Virus record (IMG/VR): IMGVR_UViG_3300037297_000065 | Span: 1-61,289 of that record | From: a virus | Direction: 5' to 3' (one strand) | Length of the DNA stretch: 61,289 nt | Notes under the pieces: generated by a model | What the model was told of the DNA's origin: nothing | The model's database searches: none | Seen by the model: the letters and a program-made list of their open reading frames with translations, nothing else | Shown: positions 34,221-44,379 of the stretch, in pieces | Layout: the number at the start of each line of letters is the position of its first letter | Numbering within the stretch: the first letter of the stretch is position 1 | Program-made: the position numbers and the translations under genes

Positions 34221-34835
34221 ATGGGGTTAACAAGTTTTTCGGCGGCAGTACAGCGGCTTTGGGAGCGATGGTTGCACGGAGAGGAATTGTTACCATCCCC
34301 AAAGGTGGGCTTACAATCTTCGGAATACGCAGAATTGAACAAAATCGACGGTGCAGCGACCAACGGACTATGGGGCGTTGAAGATAGCCTGGCGTATCGC
34401 GTGGCGGAAATAGAAGATCACATACATAGTGTAGGTCATTTTTACGGACAATCCGCCGGCGATACTTTTTTTGAAGAAAACAATCTGACACCGTGGGTTA
34501 TTACGGCGGGGGCCGGCGAAGCGTTCGGCGATTGGTTGCAAGTGTCAAACGGCGACGAAATTAGTAATCCTAAATATGACCCGCATTTACTTTGCGTGTC
34601 CTCCACCTCTTCGGCGACGGCAATTTATTTAGTGCAGTTCGGTGCGGGTGAATCGGGCGCGCAAGTTGTTATCGGTTCGGCGTGGTTTAAGGCGTCTGCT
34701 ACACTACGCAGCGCGCCAGAAGAGGTACAGGCGCGCCGCGTTGACAATACCGATAAATTATGGCTACGTTGCAAATCGACGGTGGAACTTGCGACCATCA
34801 GTGTCATTATAGGGTTACACACCTACCCAGGATAA
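34221..34835 (+). CDS. Hypothetical protein between TerS and TerL
   Basis: 204-aa ORF. Confidence 0.5.
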   Translation: MGLTSFSAAVQRLWERWLHGEELLPSPKVGLQSSEYAELNKIDGAATNGLWGVEDSLAYRVAEIEDHIHSVGHFYGQSAGDTFFEENNLTPWVITAGAGEAFGDWLQVSNGDEISNPKYDPHLLCVSSTSSATAIYLVQFGAGESGAQVVIGSAWFKASATLRSAPEEVQARRVDNTDKLWLRCKSTVELATISVIIGLHTYPG

Positions 34836-34839
34836 TAGC

Positions 34840-36192
34840 GTGACTGATCTTTCTACTCGCGCGCAGGCTGAAATTCTACTTCGCCAACGCCTTGGCATCT
34901 GGCGCGTTGCGATTTCTGCGCAGTCAGATGATTATGAGTTTCGCGGCGGAAATTTGGCGGCGTTGCAAGATGCGGCGTCTCCGGAAATTCTTTTAGCCGG
35001 CCCCGCCGGAACCGGTAAGACCCTGGCGTTACTTGCAAAGGTGCATCGTGCGTTGTGCGATCATGCCGGCGCACGCGCGCTTATTGTGCGCAAAACGCGC
35101 GCTTCGCTTTCCGAGACGGCGCTGCAAATTTACGAAGATGATGTACTCGGCAGCGATCACAACATCGCTGACGGACCGCAGCGCGATTATCGCCGTCACT
35201 ATAATTACCCCAATGGCTCGCAGCTCGTCACCGGCGGGTTAGACAAACCGTCTCGCATCATGTCGTCGGGATATGACATGATCTATATTCCCGAAGCCAC
35301 CGAGATTACCGAAAAGGACTACAACGTGCTCTTGACGCGCCTCCGCGCCGGCGTTCTTCCAATGGAGCAAATGATTTGCGACGCCAACCCCGGCCCACCG
35401 ACGCATTGGATTAAGCGCCGGTCAGATAGTCAGCAGATGCGATTTTTACAGAGTTGGCACAAGGACAACCCCGCTTTTTATTATGCCGATGGCACACTTA
35501 CCGAACGCGGCGCGCGATATATGGAAAAGCTCGACGCGCTTACCGGAACCGACCGCGACCGCCTGCGCGACGGCAAATGGGTGCAGGCCGAGGGCGCAAT
35601 TTACAAAAACTTCACCAACGACAACATCGGCGAACAGGCGGCATATGATCCGGCGCTAGGCGCAATTTATTGGGGTTGTGATGATGGGTATGCGCGCGGC
35701 GAAGGGCCCGGTACAGTATCATATCATCCGCGCACCATTTTAATGGGACAGGTAACGCCGGTGGGCGGCCTGCACATTTTTGCAGAATACTATGCAACGG
35801 GCGAGACGCACGATGCGAGTATTGATGCGGTGCTGGCACTGGGCTACCCGCCGCCCGCGTTGTGTTACGTCGATCAGGCCGCGAAGGGGTTTAGATTGGC
35901 GTTGTCCATGAAAAATTTACCGAACACCGCCGGTAACGACAGCGCAAAATATAACGTCGCCAACGGCATCAAAAACGTGCGTCGCCTCGTAGGAGATGGA
36001 CACGGGCGGCGTTTACTGAGGGTGCATCCCGGCTGCCAAAATCTTATTACCGAAATGCAAAGTTATGCGTATAACCCCGGCAGCAGCGCCAGTGCTGCCG
36101 GGGAACCTGCGCCGCTAAAAATCTATGATGACGGCCCCGACGCGCTTCGATACCTGAGCCGCGTAGTGTGGTACGCGAGGGAATATGAGTAA
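34840..36192 (+). CDS. terL: Terminase large subunit
   Basis: Walker A LLAGPAGTGKT; 450 aa; precedes portal. Confidence 0.85.
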   Translation: MTDLSTRAQAEILLRQRLGIWRVAISAQSDDYEFRGGNLAALQDAASPEILLAGPAGTGKTLALLAKVHRALCDHAGARALIVRKTRASLSETALQIYEDDVLGSDHNIADGPQRDYRRHYNYPNGSQLVTGGLDKPSRIMSSGYDMIYIPEATEITEKDYNVLLTRLRAGVLPMEQMICDANPGPPTHWIKRRSDSQQMRFLQSWHKDNPAFYYADGTLTERGARYMEKLDALTGTDRDRLRDGKWVQAEGAIYKNFTNDNIGEQAAYDPALGAIYWGCDDGYARGEGPGTVSYHPRTILMGQVTPVGGLHIFAEYYATGETHDASIDAVLALGYPPPALCYVDQAAKGFRLALSMKNLPNTAGNDSAKYNVANGIKNVRRLVGDGHGRRLLRVHPGCQNLITEMQSYAYNPGSSASAAGEPAPLKIYDDGPDALRYLSRVVWYAREYE

Positions 36193-38386
36193 AAAATTTA
36201 GTTTAGTAGAGGCGAAGGTTCAGAGCGTCCAGTCCTTTGACGACGGACACGACGGTACCGGGTCGATTAAAGACCTAATCGGTTTTTTTCAGCGCGGCGA
36301 AATCTTGCCGGCGTGGGGGTATCGCGACCGGCTGCGCCAACTCCGTGAGTATTATTTTCATCCGCGCAATTTGATGATACAGGGCGCGTTCGCTAATCTT
36401 GCGAAGAAACAATCGAGCGCGCCGTGGGAAGTTTCCGGTCCCGCCAACGCTTCGTATTGGCAGGATATTCTCGCCAATGCGCAATTTGGTGCGGGTTGGG
36501 ACGCTTTTGTTCAGATAATGCAGCTCAATTTTTTGCGGTATGACACCGGCGCATATATGGAGGTTATTGGCCCCGGTCCCGCCGATGGACCGTTGTGGGG
36601 TGCAGTAACGGGTGTTGCGGCGCTTGACCCGCTGCGCTGTTGGCCGACCGGTGACCCGGTGTACCCGGTCGTATATTATGACGATGACGGCGGCAAGCAC
36701 GTTATGCATCACTCCCGTGTCCATCAAATTGTGGATATGCTGGACGGTGATGCGCGCCATCCAGGATGGGGCACGTGCGCGCTAAGTCGCGCGATTTCGG
36801 CGGCGATGCGTGAAATTCTCATGGATCGCTATATCAATATGTCAGTTGATGACAAGCCGATGCCGGGCATGATGGTTGTCAGCGGCATGATGAAAGAGCA
36901 ATTTAACGTTGTGCTGCGCAGCTATATGAATCAAATCGGCAGCGATGACATGGGCGTCTTTGGGCAAATGATGATGTTGTTCGGTATTGACCCGGATATT
37001 TCACCGACGGTAACACCGGTGTCATTCTCGACTGCGCCGGAAAAGTTCGATTGGGTCAACTATGTTGAACTGGATGCCAAACTACTAGCACTTGCTATCG
37101 GCGTTGACCCGCAGGATATCCTACCGCTTTCGAGCGGTAACCTTGGCACCGGTACACAAACCGAAATCCTAGCAGCGCAGGCGCGCGGCAAAACCGAAGG
37201 GGATTTTCGCACAAAACTAACGCGGGCGATTAATTGGAAGGTATTGCCCGAATCCTACGAGTTTAAGATTACGTACCAAGACGACCAGAGCGATCTCACT
37301 CGCGCGCAAATTGCCGCACAGCATGCCGCGACAATTCAAACCGTTTCGGGTGCGCTTACCACGAATGAAATCCGCCGCTACCTCGTGGCGGTGGATGATA
37401 CGTTCCGCGATATCCTCTCCAATTCTGATGGCACGGTTCGCAACCTCGCGGACGCTGATCCCAAAACCGAGGCGCAGGTTATAGCGGATAGCGAATCGGA
37501 AACAGTAACGGAAGCGCCGGCGGTCGAAAACCCGCAGGTGGGAACCGCATCTCAAGACGAGGAAACGCGCCCGGAGAACATCACGGCAGAGGATCGACTC
37601 AACGGCGCGCAAATTGATGCGGCGGTTCGGATTTTGGATGGCGTAGTAGATGGAAGTCGCGTTCCAAGCGTAGCGGTTGAGTTGTTGCTTACGCTTGGCC
37701 TAAGCCGACCGCGCGCTGAACAAATGGTAGATGATACCGTAGCGGGTGTCGCCCCGATTACGGCAATCAACAAAGCGTTATATGCGACCGGATTTAAGGA
37801 ATGGAATCGGACCCGTGCGCAGTTCATCGATTCGCTTTCACGTACGCTCGCATTACCCACAACCGGCGTTCGTGCGCTCGCCGCACTTAAGCGCCGGTTG
37901 CGCCAATCGCTTTATCGGTGGGGACAGATGGCATTTGAGGATGGGTTGGCCGAGGGCGGCGTAGACTTGACGGAAATCACAGTAGCAGACCGCGGTATTG
38001 TATTCGCATGGTTGCAAGACCAGGAGAAATTTATCCAGAAGCTCGGCGACGAAATTTATCCCGGTCAATTAACGCCGGCGCAAGCGAGCATGAAGGCGTC
38101 GCTGTGGGCGAACAAAAGTTTACGTGAAATTCACCAGCAGGGTATCGTGCAGGCTGATAAGGCCGGGATGCGTAAATGGAAACTCGGCGCAACCGAACAA
38201 CACTGCGTGACATGCTTGGGATTGAATGGCCAGGTGCACCGTATGGAAACTTGGCAGCGCGCAGGATTGTTACCAGGAGTAGACAAGCTTGATTGTAAGG
38301 GCTACAATTGTGATTGTAAGCTCGATAAAACGACCGAAAAGGCACGAGGCAGCCTGACGGCGTATAAGTGGTACACTGCCGCTTAA
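36185..38386 (+). CDS. Portal protein fused to MuF/SPP1 gp7-like head-morphogenesis domain
   Basis: 733 aa directly after TerL; C-terminus HCVTCLGLNGQVHRME..CKGYNCDC like MuF-family Cys motif. Confidence 0.65.
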   Translation: MSKKFSLVEAKVQSVQSFDDGHDGTGSIKDLIGFFQRGEILPAWGYRDRLRQLREYYFHPRNLMIQGAFANLAKKQSSAPWEVSGPANASYWQDILANAQFGAGWDAFVQIMQLNFLRYDTGAYMEVIGPGPADGPLWGAVTGVAALDPLRCWPTGDPVYPVVYYDDDGGKHVMHHSRVHQIVDMLDGDARHPGWGTCALSRAISAAMREILMDRYINMSVDDKPMPGMMVVSGMMKEQFNVVLRSYMNQIGSDDMGVFGQMMMLFGIDPDISPTVTPVSFSTAPEKFDWVNYVELDAKLLALAIGVDPQDILPLSSGNLGTGTQTEILAAQARGKTEGDFRTKLTRAINWKVLPESYEFKITYQDDQSDLTRAQIAAQHAATIQTVSGALTTNEIRRYLVAVDDTFRDILSNSDGTVRNLADADPKTEAQVIADSESETVTEAPAVENPQVGTASQDEETRPENITAEDRLNGAQIDAAVRILDGVVDGSRVPSVAVELLLTLGLSRPRAEQMVDDTVAGVAPITAINKALYATGFKEWNRTRAQFIDSLSRTLALPTTGVRALAALKRRLRQSLYRWGQMAFEDGLAEGGVDLTEITVADRGIVFAWLQDQEKFIQKLGDEIYPGQLTPAQASMKASLWANKSLREIHQQGIVQADKAGMRKWKLGATEQHCVTCLGLNGQVHRMETWQRAGLLPGVDKLDCKGYNCDCKLDKTTEKARGSLTAYKWYTAA

Positions 38387-38397
38387 GAGAGGTCAAT

Positions 38398-38919
38398 ATG
38401 AAAACCTATAGATTGATTGATGGCAAGTGGGGGAATTGGCGCGCAGCGCAGTATGCATCCGAGTGTTTTATAGTTCGTCGCGATGTTCCTGATCGAAAAG
38501 ATGTAATTTTAGTAGACGCTAGTGGAGAGGTTGATACAGTCAAGCCGGACGGCGATACTTTCTGCTATAGCGAAGAAATAAGCGGCGCTTACTGCCCTGC
38601 TCTTCTACGCCACACAGCTCACCTCACTCTAGACTCCGATGAATTCCACGCGCTCGCTAACCTTAAATTCACTATTCCCGAAACGAATGTACAGGATGAT
38701 ATCTTCAGTGCACTCGCCAAACTCAAGGCGGCGCTTGAGCGTGCGGAGAGCAAGGAAGCGCCCCGCCACGCATATCTTATACGAAGGGACTTTTGTGGCC
38801 GGCAACGCGCCGTCTTGGAAATATCTAATGAGCGCATAACCGAAAACGAAAAAGGGTACTCTACCGATCTAAGCGACGTTTCGTTTGGCGGGGACAATGA
38901 ACCAGAGGTCACATCATGA
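38398..38919 (+). CDS. Hypothetical protein
   Basis: Start at MKTYRL behind AGAGGTCAAT; ends ..EVTS. Confidence 0.5.
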   Translation: MKTYRLIDGKWGNWRAAQYASECFIVRRDVPDRKDVILVDASGEVDTVKPDGDTFCYSEEISGAYCPALLRHTAHLTLDSDEFHALANLKFTIPETNVQDDIFSALAKLKAALERAESKEAPRHAYLIRRDFCGRQRAVLEISNERITENEKGYSTDLSDVSFGGDNEPEVTS

Positions 38920-39215
38920 AGGGCGGAACATTCAATACGATTCTAAATTGGCGCAAGGCATCAGATCGGGAACTTTTGTATGCTATAAAAGACCTGCGTC
39001 GATTTGATTATTATACAGATGAAATGCTTTTAATTCTTCATGAAATAGGATGGAATGAACGCTTTCTTTGCGCACCGCATGGAGATGATAACCCTGGAAA
39101 GTTGGCGTATGAAATCTATCAAGAACACACAAATTGTGACTTTATAAAGAAATATCGTTCGGTTGCATTGGGTAATATTAGTGTCTTTTTGAGGCAAACA
39201 GAGGTCACATCATGA
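38916..39215 (+). CDS. Hypothetical protein bracketed by 18-nt direct repeats
   Basis: 99-aa ORF; ends ..EVTS; CAGAGGTCACATCATGAA at both ends. Confidence 0.5.
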   Translation: MKGGTFNTILNWRKASDRELLYAIKDLRRFDYYTDEMLLILHEIGWNERFLCAPHGDDNPGKLAYEIYQEHTNCDFIKKYRSVALGNISVFLRQTEVTS

Positions 39216-40537
39216 AAATTTCCATTGTCGGGTTCGGTAAACTAGGCAGCGCGCTTGCCGCTGCTTTTGTGTCACGTCATGAGATCATAATTCCTATTGA
39301 AAACCCGGTTCGATACGCTTGGCCTTTTTGGGTGTATGCCTTTGATAAATCCTCTGATGCATTCACCGCCCCACTCCAATCTACCTACCCCGAACCGCAG
39401 GTAAGCGAATTATTGAGTGAAGCAAATGCGCGCGGCAATCTTGAACTCCACACGATGGACAACGCCGCCAAAATTACCGACACTAGTGTAACCTTTGTCA
39501 TCGTACCCACGCCATCGCTTTCTGATGGTAGTTTTGATACCAACTATTGCATTGAAGCGATGCTCTCCATCGGAGAAGCTATCAAAGACAAGGACGCCTA
39601 TCACCTCGTGGTGCTTTCGTCTACCGTCATGCCGAGCGACTGCGAGACTAAGATTATTCCCGCGCTTGAATTGGCAGCCGGGCGCAAGCTTGGGGATATG
39701 CTGGGTTTCTGTTATTCGCCGGCGTTTATTGCTCAGGGAAGCGTGGTAGATGACTTTCTTGATCCTGACTTCGTGCTGATTGGCGGAAACGAACTCGACG
39801 CCGAACGGCTCAAGATGATATACGAAGAGTTGAATCCTAGCTTTCCCGGCGAAGAGACGCAATACGCCTTGATGTCTATCTCCTCTGCCGAAGTAACTAA
39901 ACTCGCGCTTAATACCTACATCACGCTTAAAATCTCGTTCGCCAATACCCTCGCGGTGTTTTGCCACCGCACGCCGGGCGCGCATGTCGATGACGTAACC
40001 GGCGCGATGGGATTAGATAGCCGTGTTTCACCAAAGTTTTTTAAGGGTGCGACCGGGTACGGCGGGCCGTGTTTTCCGCGTGACGGACGCGCGATGATAA
40101 AGGCGCTTGACAAAGCCGAACTCTGGAACGGGTACGCGGGGATACCGTACATCAGCGTGAAGATTAATCAAGTGCATGTCGAATTCGTCGGGGAGTTGGC
40201 GCGGGAAGTGCTGCCGGAGGATGGCTCTGTTCTTGTCCTGGGTGCAGCCTATAAAGTCGGGACGCCCATTACCGAAGAAAGTTTCGGACTGGCGCTCGCT
40301 GACTACTTGGCGCTCGCCCGTGTTGAAGCCATGACCATTGACCCAACGCTTGACGGTTGGTCGGACTTCGACGCGCTCGTGAGGCAGGCCGACGTGATTG
40401 TTGTCGCGTTGCCCTACACGCATTTCCAGCATCTCCCCTATCAACCAGGGCAAACGATCATAGATTGTTGGCGCTCGCTTGACCCTAACGACCTTCCCTC
40501 CGGCGTGCGATATGTTCCACTGGGGGTAGGAAAATGA
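39212..40537 (+). CDS. Nucleotide-sugar dehydrogenase (UDP-glucose/GDP-mannose dehydrogenase family)
   Basis: VGFGKLGSALA Rossmann motif; GGPCFPRD catalytic-Cys motif; 441 aa. Confidence 0.7.
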   Translation: MKISIVGFGKLGSALAAAFVSRHEIIIPIENPVRYAWPFWVYAFDKSSDAFTAPLQSTYPEPQVSELLSEANARGNLELHTMDNAAKITDTSVTFVIVPTPSLSDGSFDTNYCIEAMLSIGEAIKDKDAYHLVVLSSTVMPSDCETKIIPALELAAGRKLGDMLGFCYSPAFIAQGSVVDDFLDPDFVLIGGNELDAERLKMIYEELNPSFPGEETQYALMSISSAEVTKLALNTYITLKISFANTLAVFCHRTPGAHVDDVTGAMGLDSRVSPKFFKGATGYGGPCFPRDGRAMIKALDKAELWNGYAGIPYISVKINQVHVEFVGELAREVLPEDGSVLVLGAAYKVGTPITEESFGLALADYLALARVEAMTIDPTLDGWSDFDALVRQADVIVVALPYTHFQHLPYQPGQTIIDCWRSLDPNDLPSGVRYVPLGVGK

Positions 40538-41175
40538 CATTACCCTTTGACCGCCCGGAGGCGCTCGCGCTCAACGAAGCGCGCATGAGTCGCGTCAAGA
40601 GCCTGGGCATCATTCAACCCGGTATGCGCGTGCTTGACATAGGTGCGGGCATAGGGCATTTGTCGAAATATCTGCTCGATTGGGGCTGCGAAGTCGTGGC
40701 ACTAGAGGGCAGGAAAACAAATGTCGAAGAGGCGCGGCGCAGGTATCCGGGGTTGGATATTCGGGTATGTGATGTTGAAAAAAGTTTTCCTGTATTTATC
40801 GTTGCATTTGATGTCGCCTTGATATTTGGGGCGCTCTACCACTTCAGAGACCCTGATAGTGCGTTTGGGCACATTCAATTTACGGCGCGCCCCTCGTTTA
40901 TTTTATTGAGCACGGTTGTCACTGATACTCAACAGTTGAAAAAGTTTCAGGTACTAGAAAACAATAACGTGGACCAAGCCCTTAACGGTTTGGGTTGTAG
41001 ACCATCACTATCATATATTGAAGAATATTTGATATATCGACTTGGCTATCACTCAATCGAAAATATATCACAACCCGAACACCCCGATTACCAATGGACA
41101 CCGCAAAATGATGGTCAGTGGCGACGTGACGGAAAGTTACTGAGGCGATTCTTTATATTCGAGAGGTCAAAATGA
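40534..41175 (+). CDS. Class I SAM-dependent methyltransferase
   Basis: Motif I VLDIGAGIGHLS; 213 aa. Confidence 0.7.
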   Translation: MTLPFDRPEALALNEARMSRVKSLGIIQPGMRVLDIGAGIGHLSKYLLDWGCEVVALEGRKTNVEEARRRYPGLDIRVCDVEKSFPVFIVAFDVALIFGALYHFRDPDSAFGHIQFTARPSFILLSTVVTDTQQLKKFQVLENNNVDQALNGLGCRPSLSYIEEYLIYRLGYHSIENISQPEHPDYQWTPQNDGQWRRDGKLLRRFFIFERSK

Positions 41176-41270
41176 GTAAATCACAATGGTGCGTGTTAAT
41201 GACTGTTGCGGTAATTGCCGCCGGTTTAGCCGTGTTGATAGATACGTTTTCGCGCCTAGCGGCGCAGTGA
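41172..41270 (+). CDS. Small TM peptide (32 aa)
   Basis: GAGAGGTCAAA SD, ATGA overlap; MSKSQWCVLMTVAVIAAGLAVLI. Confidence 0.35.
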   Translation: MSKSQWCVLMTVAVIAAGLAVLIDTFSRLAAQ

Positions 41271-41278
41271 GAGGCCAA

Positions 41279-42337
41279 ATGAAAATCTTAGTTGCGGGAG
41301 CCGGCGGTTTCATCGGCGGCCACCTAGTGGAGTTCTTGAAAGATAAAGGGCATTGGGTGCGCGGCGTTGACATCAAGCATCACGAACACCGCAAGGTACA
41401 AAACTGTGATGAGTTCGATCTCGCCGACCTGACGCACTACGGTGCGGCGGTCAATGCCTGCCGTGGTATCGACTGGGTGTTTCAGCTTGCCGCCGACATG
41501 GGCGGCATGGGCTACCTCGCCGAACACGACGCCGACATGATGCGTATCAATACGCGCATTAATTTGAATATGCTGGAAGCGGCGCGACAGTCTGGCGTTG
41601 AGCGGTATTTTTTCAGTTCATCGGCGTGCGTCTATCCCAACCGGGACGCCGAACACGCCGACCTCGCAGAGAGTGACGCCTACCCCGCCAACCCTCACAA
41701 CGAGTACGGCTGGGAAAAACTCTACACCGAACGCCTATGCGCCGTTTACAAGCGCGATTATGGTTTGGACACCCGCGCGGCGCGGTTCCATAACTGTTAT
41801 GGCGAATACGGCACATGGCGGGGCGGGCGCGAGAAAGCGCCGGCGGCGTTATGCCGGAAGGTTGCCACGAGTAAGTTAGCGCGCAATGACGGCGCGGCGG
41901 AGATTGATGTGTGGGGCGATGGGTCAGCGCTGCGGAGTTATATTCATGTGGATGATTTGATTGATGGAATATGGCGGCTGATGGGGATGAACGAGAGGGA
42001 TGTATATCAAGCAGCATCCCGATTGGGCGTACATATTACCGGTATAAGTATTGAATCTCGCGCAAAATTATACCAAGTTATGCTATCGCAACCTCTCAAC
42101 CTCGGCGATACTCACATGGTCACGGTTGACGAATTGGCCTATACGGTCGCTCGCACCGCCGGCGTTGAACTGGCGATTAATCATGTTGATGGCCCGGTGG
42201 GGGTACAGGCGCGTAATGCCAATATCGATTATGCGAAAGAATTACTGAACTGGGAGCCGCAAATTCAGCTTGAAGATGGAATTGCGCGGCTGTACCAATG
42301 GATAGAGGATGAGGTGCGTAATGCAAGTCTGGTTTGA
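41279..42337 (+). CDS. gme: GDP-mannose 3,5-epimerase-like SDR
   Basis: GAGGFIGGHL, LAADMGGMG, SSACVYP, GTWRGGREKAPAALCRK match remembered GME sequence block for block. Confidence 0.8.
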   Translation: MKILVAGAGGFIGGHLVEFLKDKGHWVRGVDIKHHEHRKVQNCDEFDLADLTHYGAAVNACRGIDWVFQLAADMGGMGYLAEHDADMMRINTRINLNMLEAARQSGVERYFFSSSACVYPNRDAEHADLAESDAYPANPHNEYGWEKLYTERLCAVYKRDYGLDTRAARFHNCYGEYGTWRGGREKAPAALCRKVATSKLARNDGAAEIDVWGDGSALRSYIHVDDLIDGIWRLMGMNERDVYQAASRLGVHITGISIESRAKLYQVMLSQPLNLGDTHMVTVDELAYTVARTAGVELAINHVDGPVGVQARNANIDYAKELLNWEPQIQLEDGIARLYQWIEDEVRNASLV

Positions 42338-42917
42338 CGTTGGCGCGCACATCGGGCAGTCTACCCTTGCCGCCGCGCGCGGCAACCCTGACCTGACCGT
42401 CTATGCCTTTGAACCAATCCCGGCGCTTGCTGCCGCGCTTCACGAAAAAGCGCCGGCGAATTATAAAGTGCAAAATCTTTCCGTCAGTGATACTAATGGT
42501 ACAGCAGAGTTTTACGTACACGGCGCGTCTGAGACCAGTTCCTTACTTCCATTCGATGCGCAGGGCAAAGCCGCCTGGGGCGCGGCTTTTGGCGATACCG
42601 AAACCATTCAAGTACCAACGATTCGACTTGATGCCTTTATGTATAAGCACCAGATAGCGGACGTTGACTATATCAAGGTTGACACGCAGGGCCACGACCT
42701 TGCGGTTGTGCGCGGCTTGGGTGAACGTATCAAAGATGTACGTGATATTCTGGTCGAGGTGCAATTGCAGCCACTCTATGTCGGCGCGAGCAAAAAAGAA
42801 GATGTGGTAAACTATATGAAAGCACGCGGTTTTTTGTTGGTGAGCGCGACGCCACAGACGCGCGGGAAAGAGGAGAATTTGTTATTTAGGAGAGGCGATG
42901 AAAGCCTACTTGTTTGA
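42321..42917 (+). CDS. FkbM-family methyltransferase
   Basis: FDVGAHIGQST..VYAFEP..N..VSDTNG pattern; start 42309 or 42321. Confidence 0.7.
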   Translation: MQVWFDVGAHIGQSTLAAARGNPDLTVYAFEPIPALAAALHEKAPANYKVQNLSVSDTNGTAEFYVHGASETSSLLPFDAQGKAAWGAAFGDTETIQVPTIRLDAFMYKHQIADVDYIKVDTQGHDLAVVRGLGERIKDVRDILVEVQLQPLYVGASKKEDVVNYMKARGFLLVSATPQTRGKEENLLFRRGDESLLV

Positions 42918-43620
42918 CGATCACACGGTTGAAATCGACCCACGCGCTGCCGAAATTGGCGGGTCATTTCAGGCACGTAAAAATGGACTACCCGCGGCGT
43001 GGGATGAAAAGACGCTTAAGTTTTTCTATGAACAAACGGCGAAGGTTGAATACCCAGTCGTGCTGGACGTGGGCGCAAACACCGGAAGCTTCACGTTGCT
43101 GGCAACGTTGCATCCGGGGATGAAGGTATGGGCGTTTGAGCCGAATCCGTTGGCGGCAGAAATTTTACACAATAACTGCGGAACAAACGATCTTTTAGAA
43201 GACCGCGTACAGATACAGGCGCATGCATTAGGCGAGCCGCATGACTATACTACTCTTTTCTGGAACCTTCATATACCAAAGAATAACCAAAGCGGCCTTG
43301 CCACACTCGCGCAAATCCCCGCGCGTTTTAAAGACTATACGACCGAAGTAACGATGCTGTTTACTATTGACGATTATAACCGCGATGGCGAGTGGTGTCA
43401 CTTCATCAAAATCGATACCGAGGGTTACGAGCTTTTCGTCTTGCGTGGCGGTGAGAAAACCATCAGATTTTACAGGCCTCAAATGCTTATTGAATACTAC
43501 GCGCCCAACACTCGCCAGTTTGGATACGAACCTAAAGCAATCACCGACTTACTTGAAAGCTGGGGCGCGAAGTGGGAGCAGGTCAGCAACGAGGATATAT
43601 GGGTGACGTGGGATGATTGA
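42898..43620 (+). CDS. FkbM-family methyltransferase
   Basis: VLDVGANTGSFT..VWAFEPNP pattern. Confidence 0.7.
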   Translation: MKAYLFDDHTVEIDPRAAEIGGSFQARKNGLPAAWDEKTLKFFYEQTAKVEYPVVLDVGANTGSFTLLATLHPGMKVWAFEPNPLAAEILHNNCGTNDLLEDRVQIQAHALGEPHDYTTLFWNLHIPKNNQSGLATLAQIPARFKDYTTEVTMLFTIDDYNRDGEWCHFIKIDTEGYELFVLRGGEKTIRFYRPQMLIEYYAPNTRQFGYEPKAITDLLESWGAKWEQVSNEDIWVTWDD

Positions 43621-44377
43621 CGACCTCCGCGCGTATTGGGATGCGCAACCCTGCAACGCCAACCACTCGAATGCCGAACCGAGCAGTTTGGAGTATTTCG
43701 AACAGGTTCGACGGCGTAAATATTTTGTAGAGCCGCATATCCCCGACTTCGCGCAGTTTCAGCGCTGGCGCGGGAAGCGCGTCCTTGACCTCGGCTGCGG
43801 ACTGGGTACAATGGCGGTCGATTTCGCACTTGCCGGCGCAGACGTAACCGCGCTGGATTTTTCATCCGAGTCGCTTTTTTTAGTAGCGCAGAATTTTCGC
43901 CGGCACGATCTGAACGGATTACTCGTTAACGCCAACATCGAAGAGCGTTTAGTCTATCTCTCCGGCTTCGATCTTGTCTTCGCATTCGGTGTCTTGCACC
44001 ATACTCCCCGCCCCGAACGCGCTATCGCCAACGCTTACCACTACCTAAAACCCGGCGGCGAATTCCGCCTCATGGTGTATCACAAATGGAGCACAAAGGC
44101 GGCGGCGGTAGCGTTGGGATTAGCGCGACCGGAGGCGCAGGCGGGATGTCCGCTCGCGCGCACGTATACGCGGCGCGGGGTACGGCGATTACTCAAGCGC
44201 GCGGGGTTTCGGGTTATTTCAATGCGGGTCGATCATATCTTCCCGTGGCGCATCGCGGACTATAAGGCGTATCGGTACGTCAAGGCGCGCCCTTGGCGAT
44301 GGCTACCAGCGCGCGCGTTCCGTTGGCTAGAAAAACATTTAGGCTGGCACCTCTTAGTAGTTGCCCGAAAGGATTGA
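43613..44377 (+). CDS. Class I SAM-dependent methyltransferase
   Basis: VLDLGCGLGTMAVDFA..DVTALDFS. Confidence 0.7.
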   Translation: MIDDLRAYWDAQPCNANHSNAEPSSLEYFEQVRRRKYFVEPHIPDFAQFQRWRGKRVLDLGCGLGTMAVDFALAGADVTALDFSSESLFLVAQNFRRHDLNGLLVNANIEERLVYLSGFDLVFAFGVLHHTPRPERAIANAYHYLKPGGEFRLMVYHKWSTKAAAVALGLARPEAQAGCPLARTYTRRGVRRLLKRAGFRVISMRVDHIFPWRIADYKAYRYVKARPWRWLPARAFRWLEKHLGWHLLVVARKD

Positions 44378-44379
44378 AC

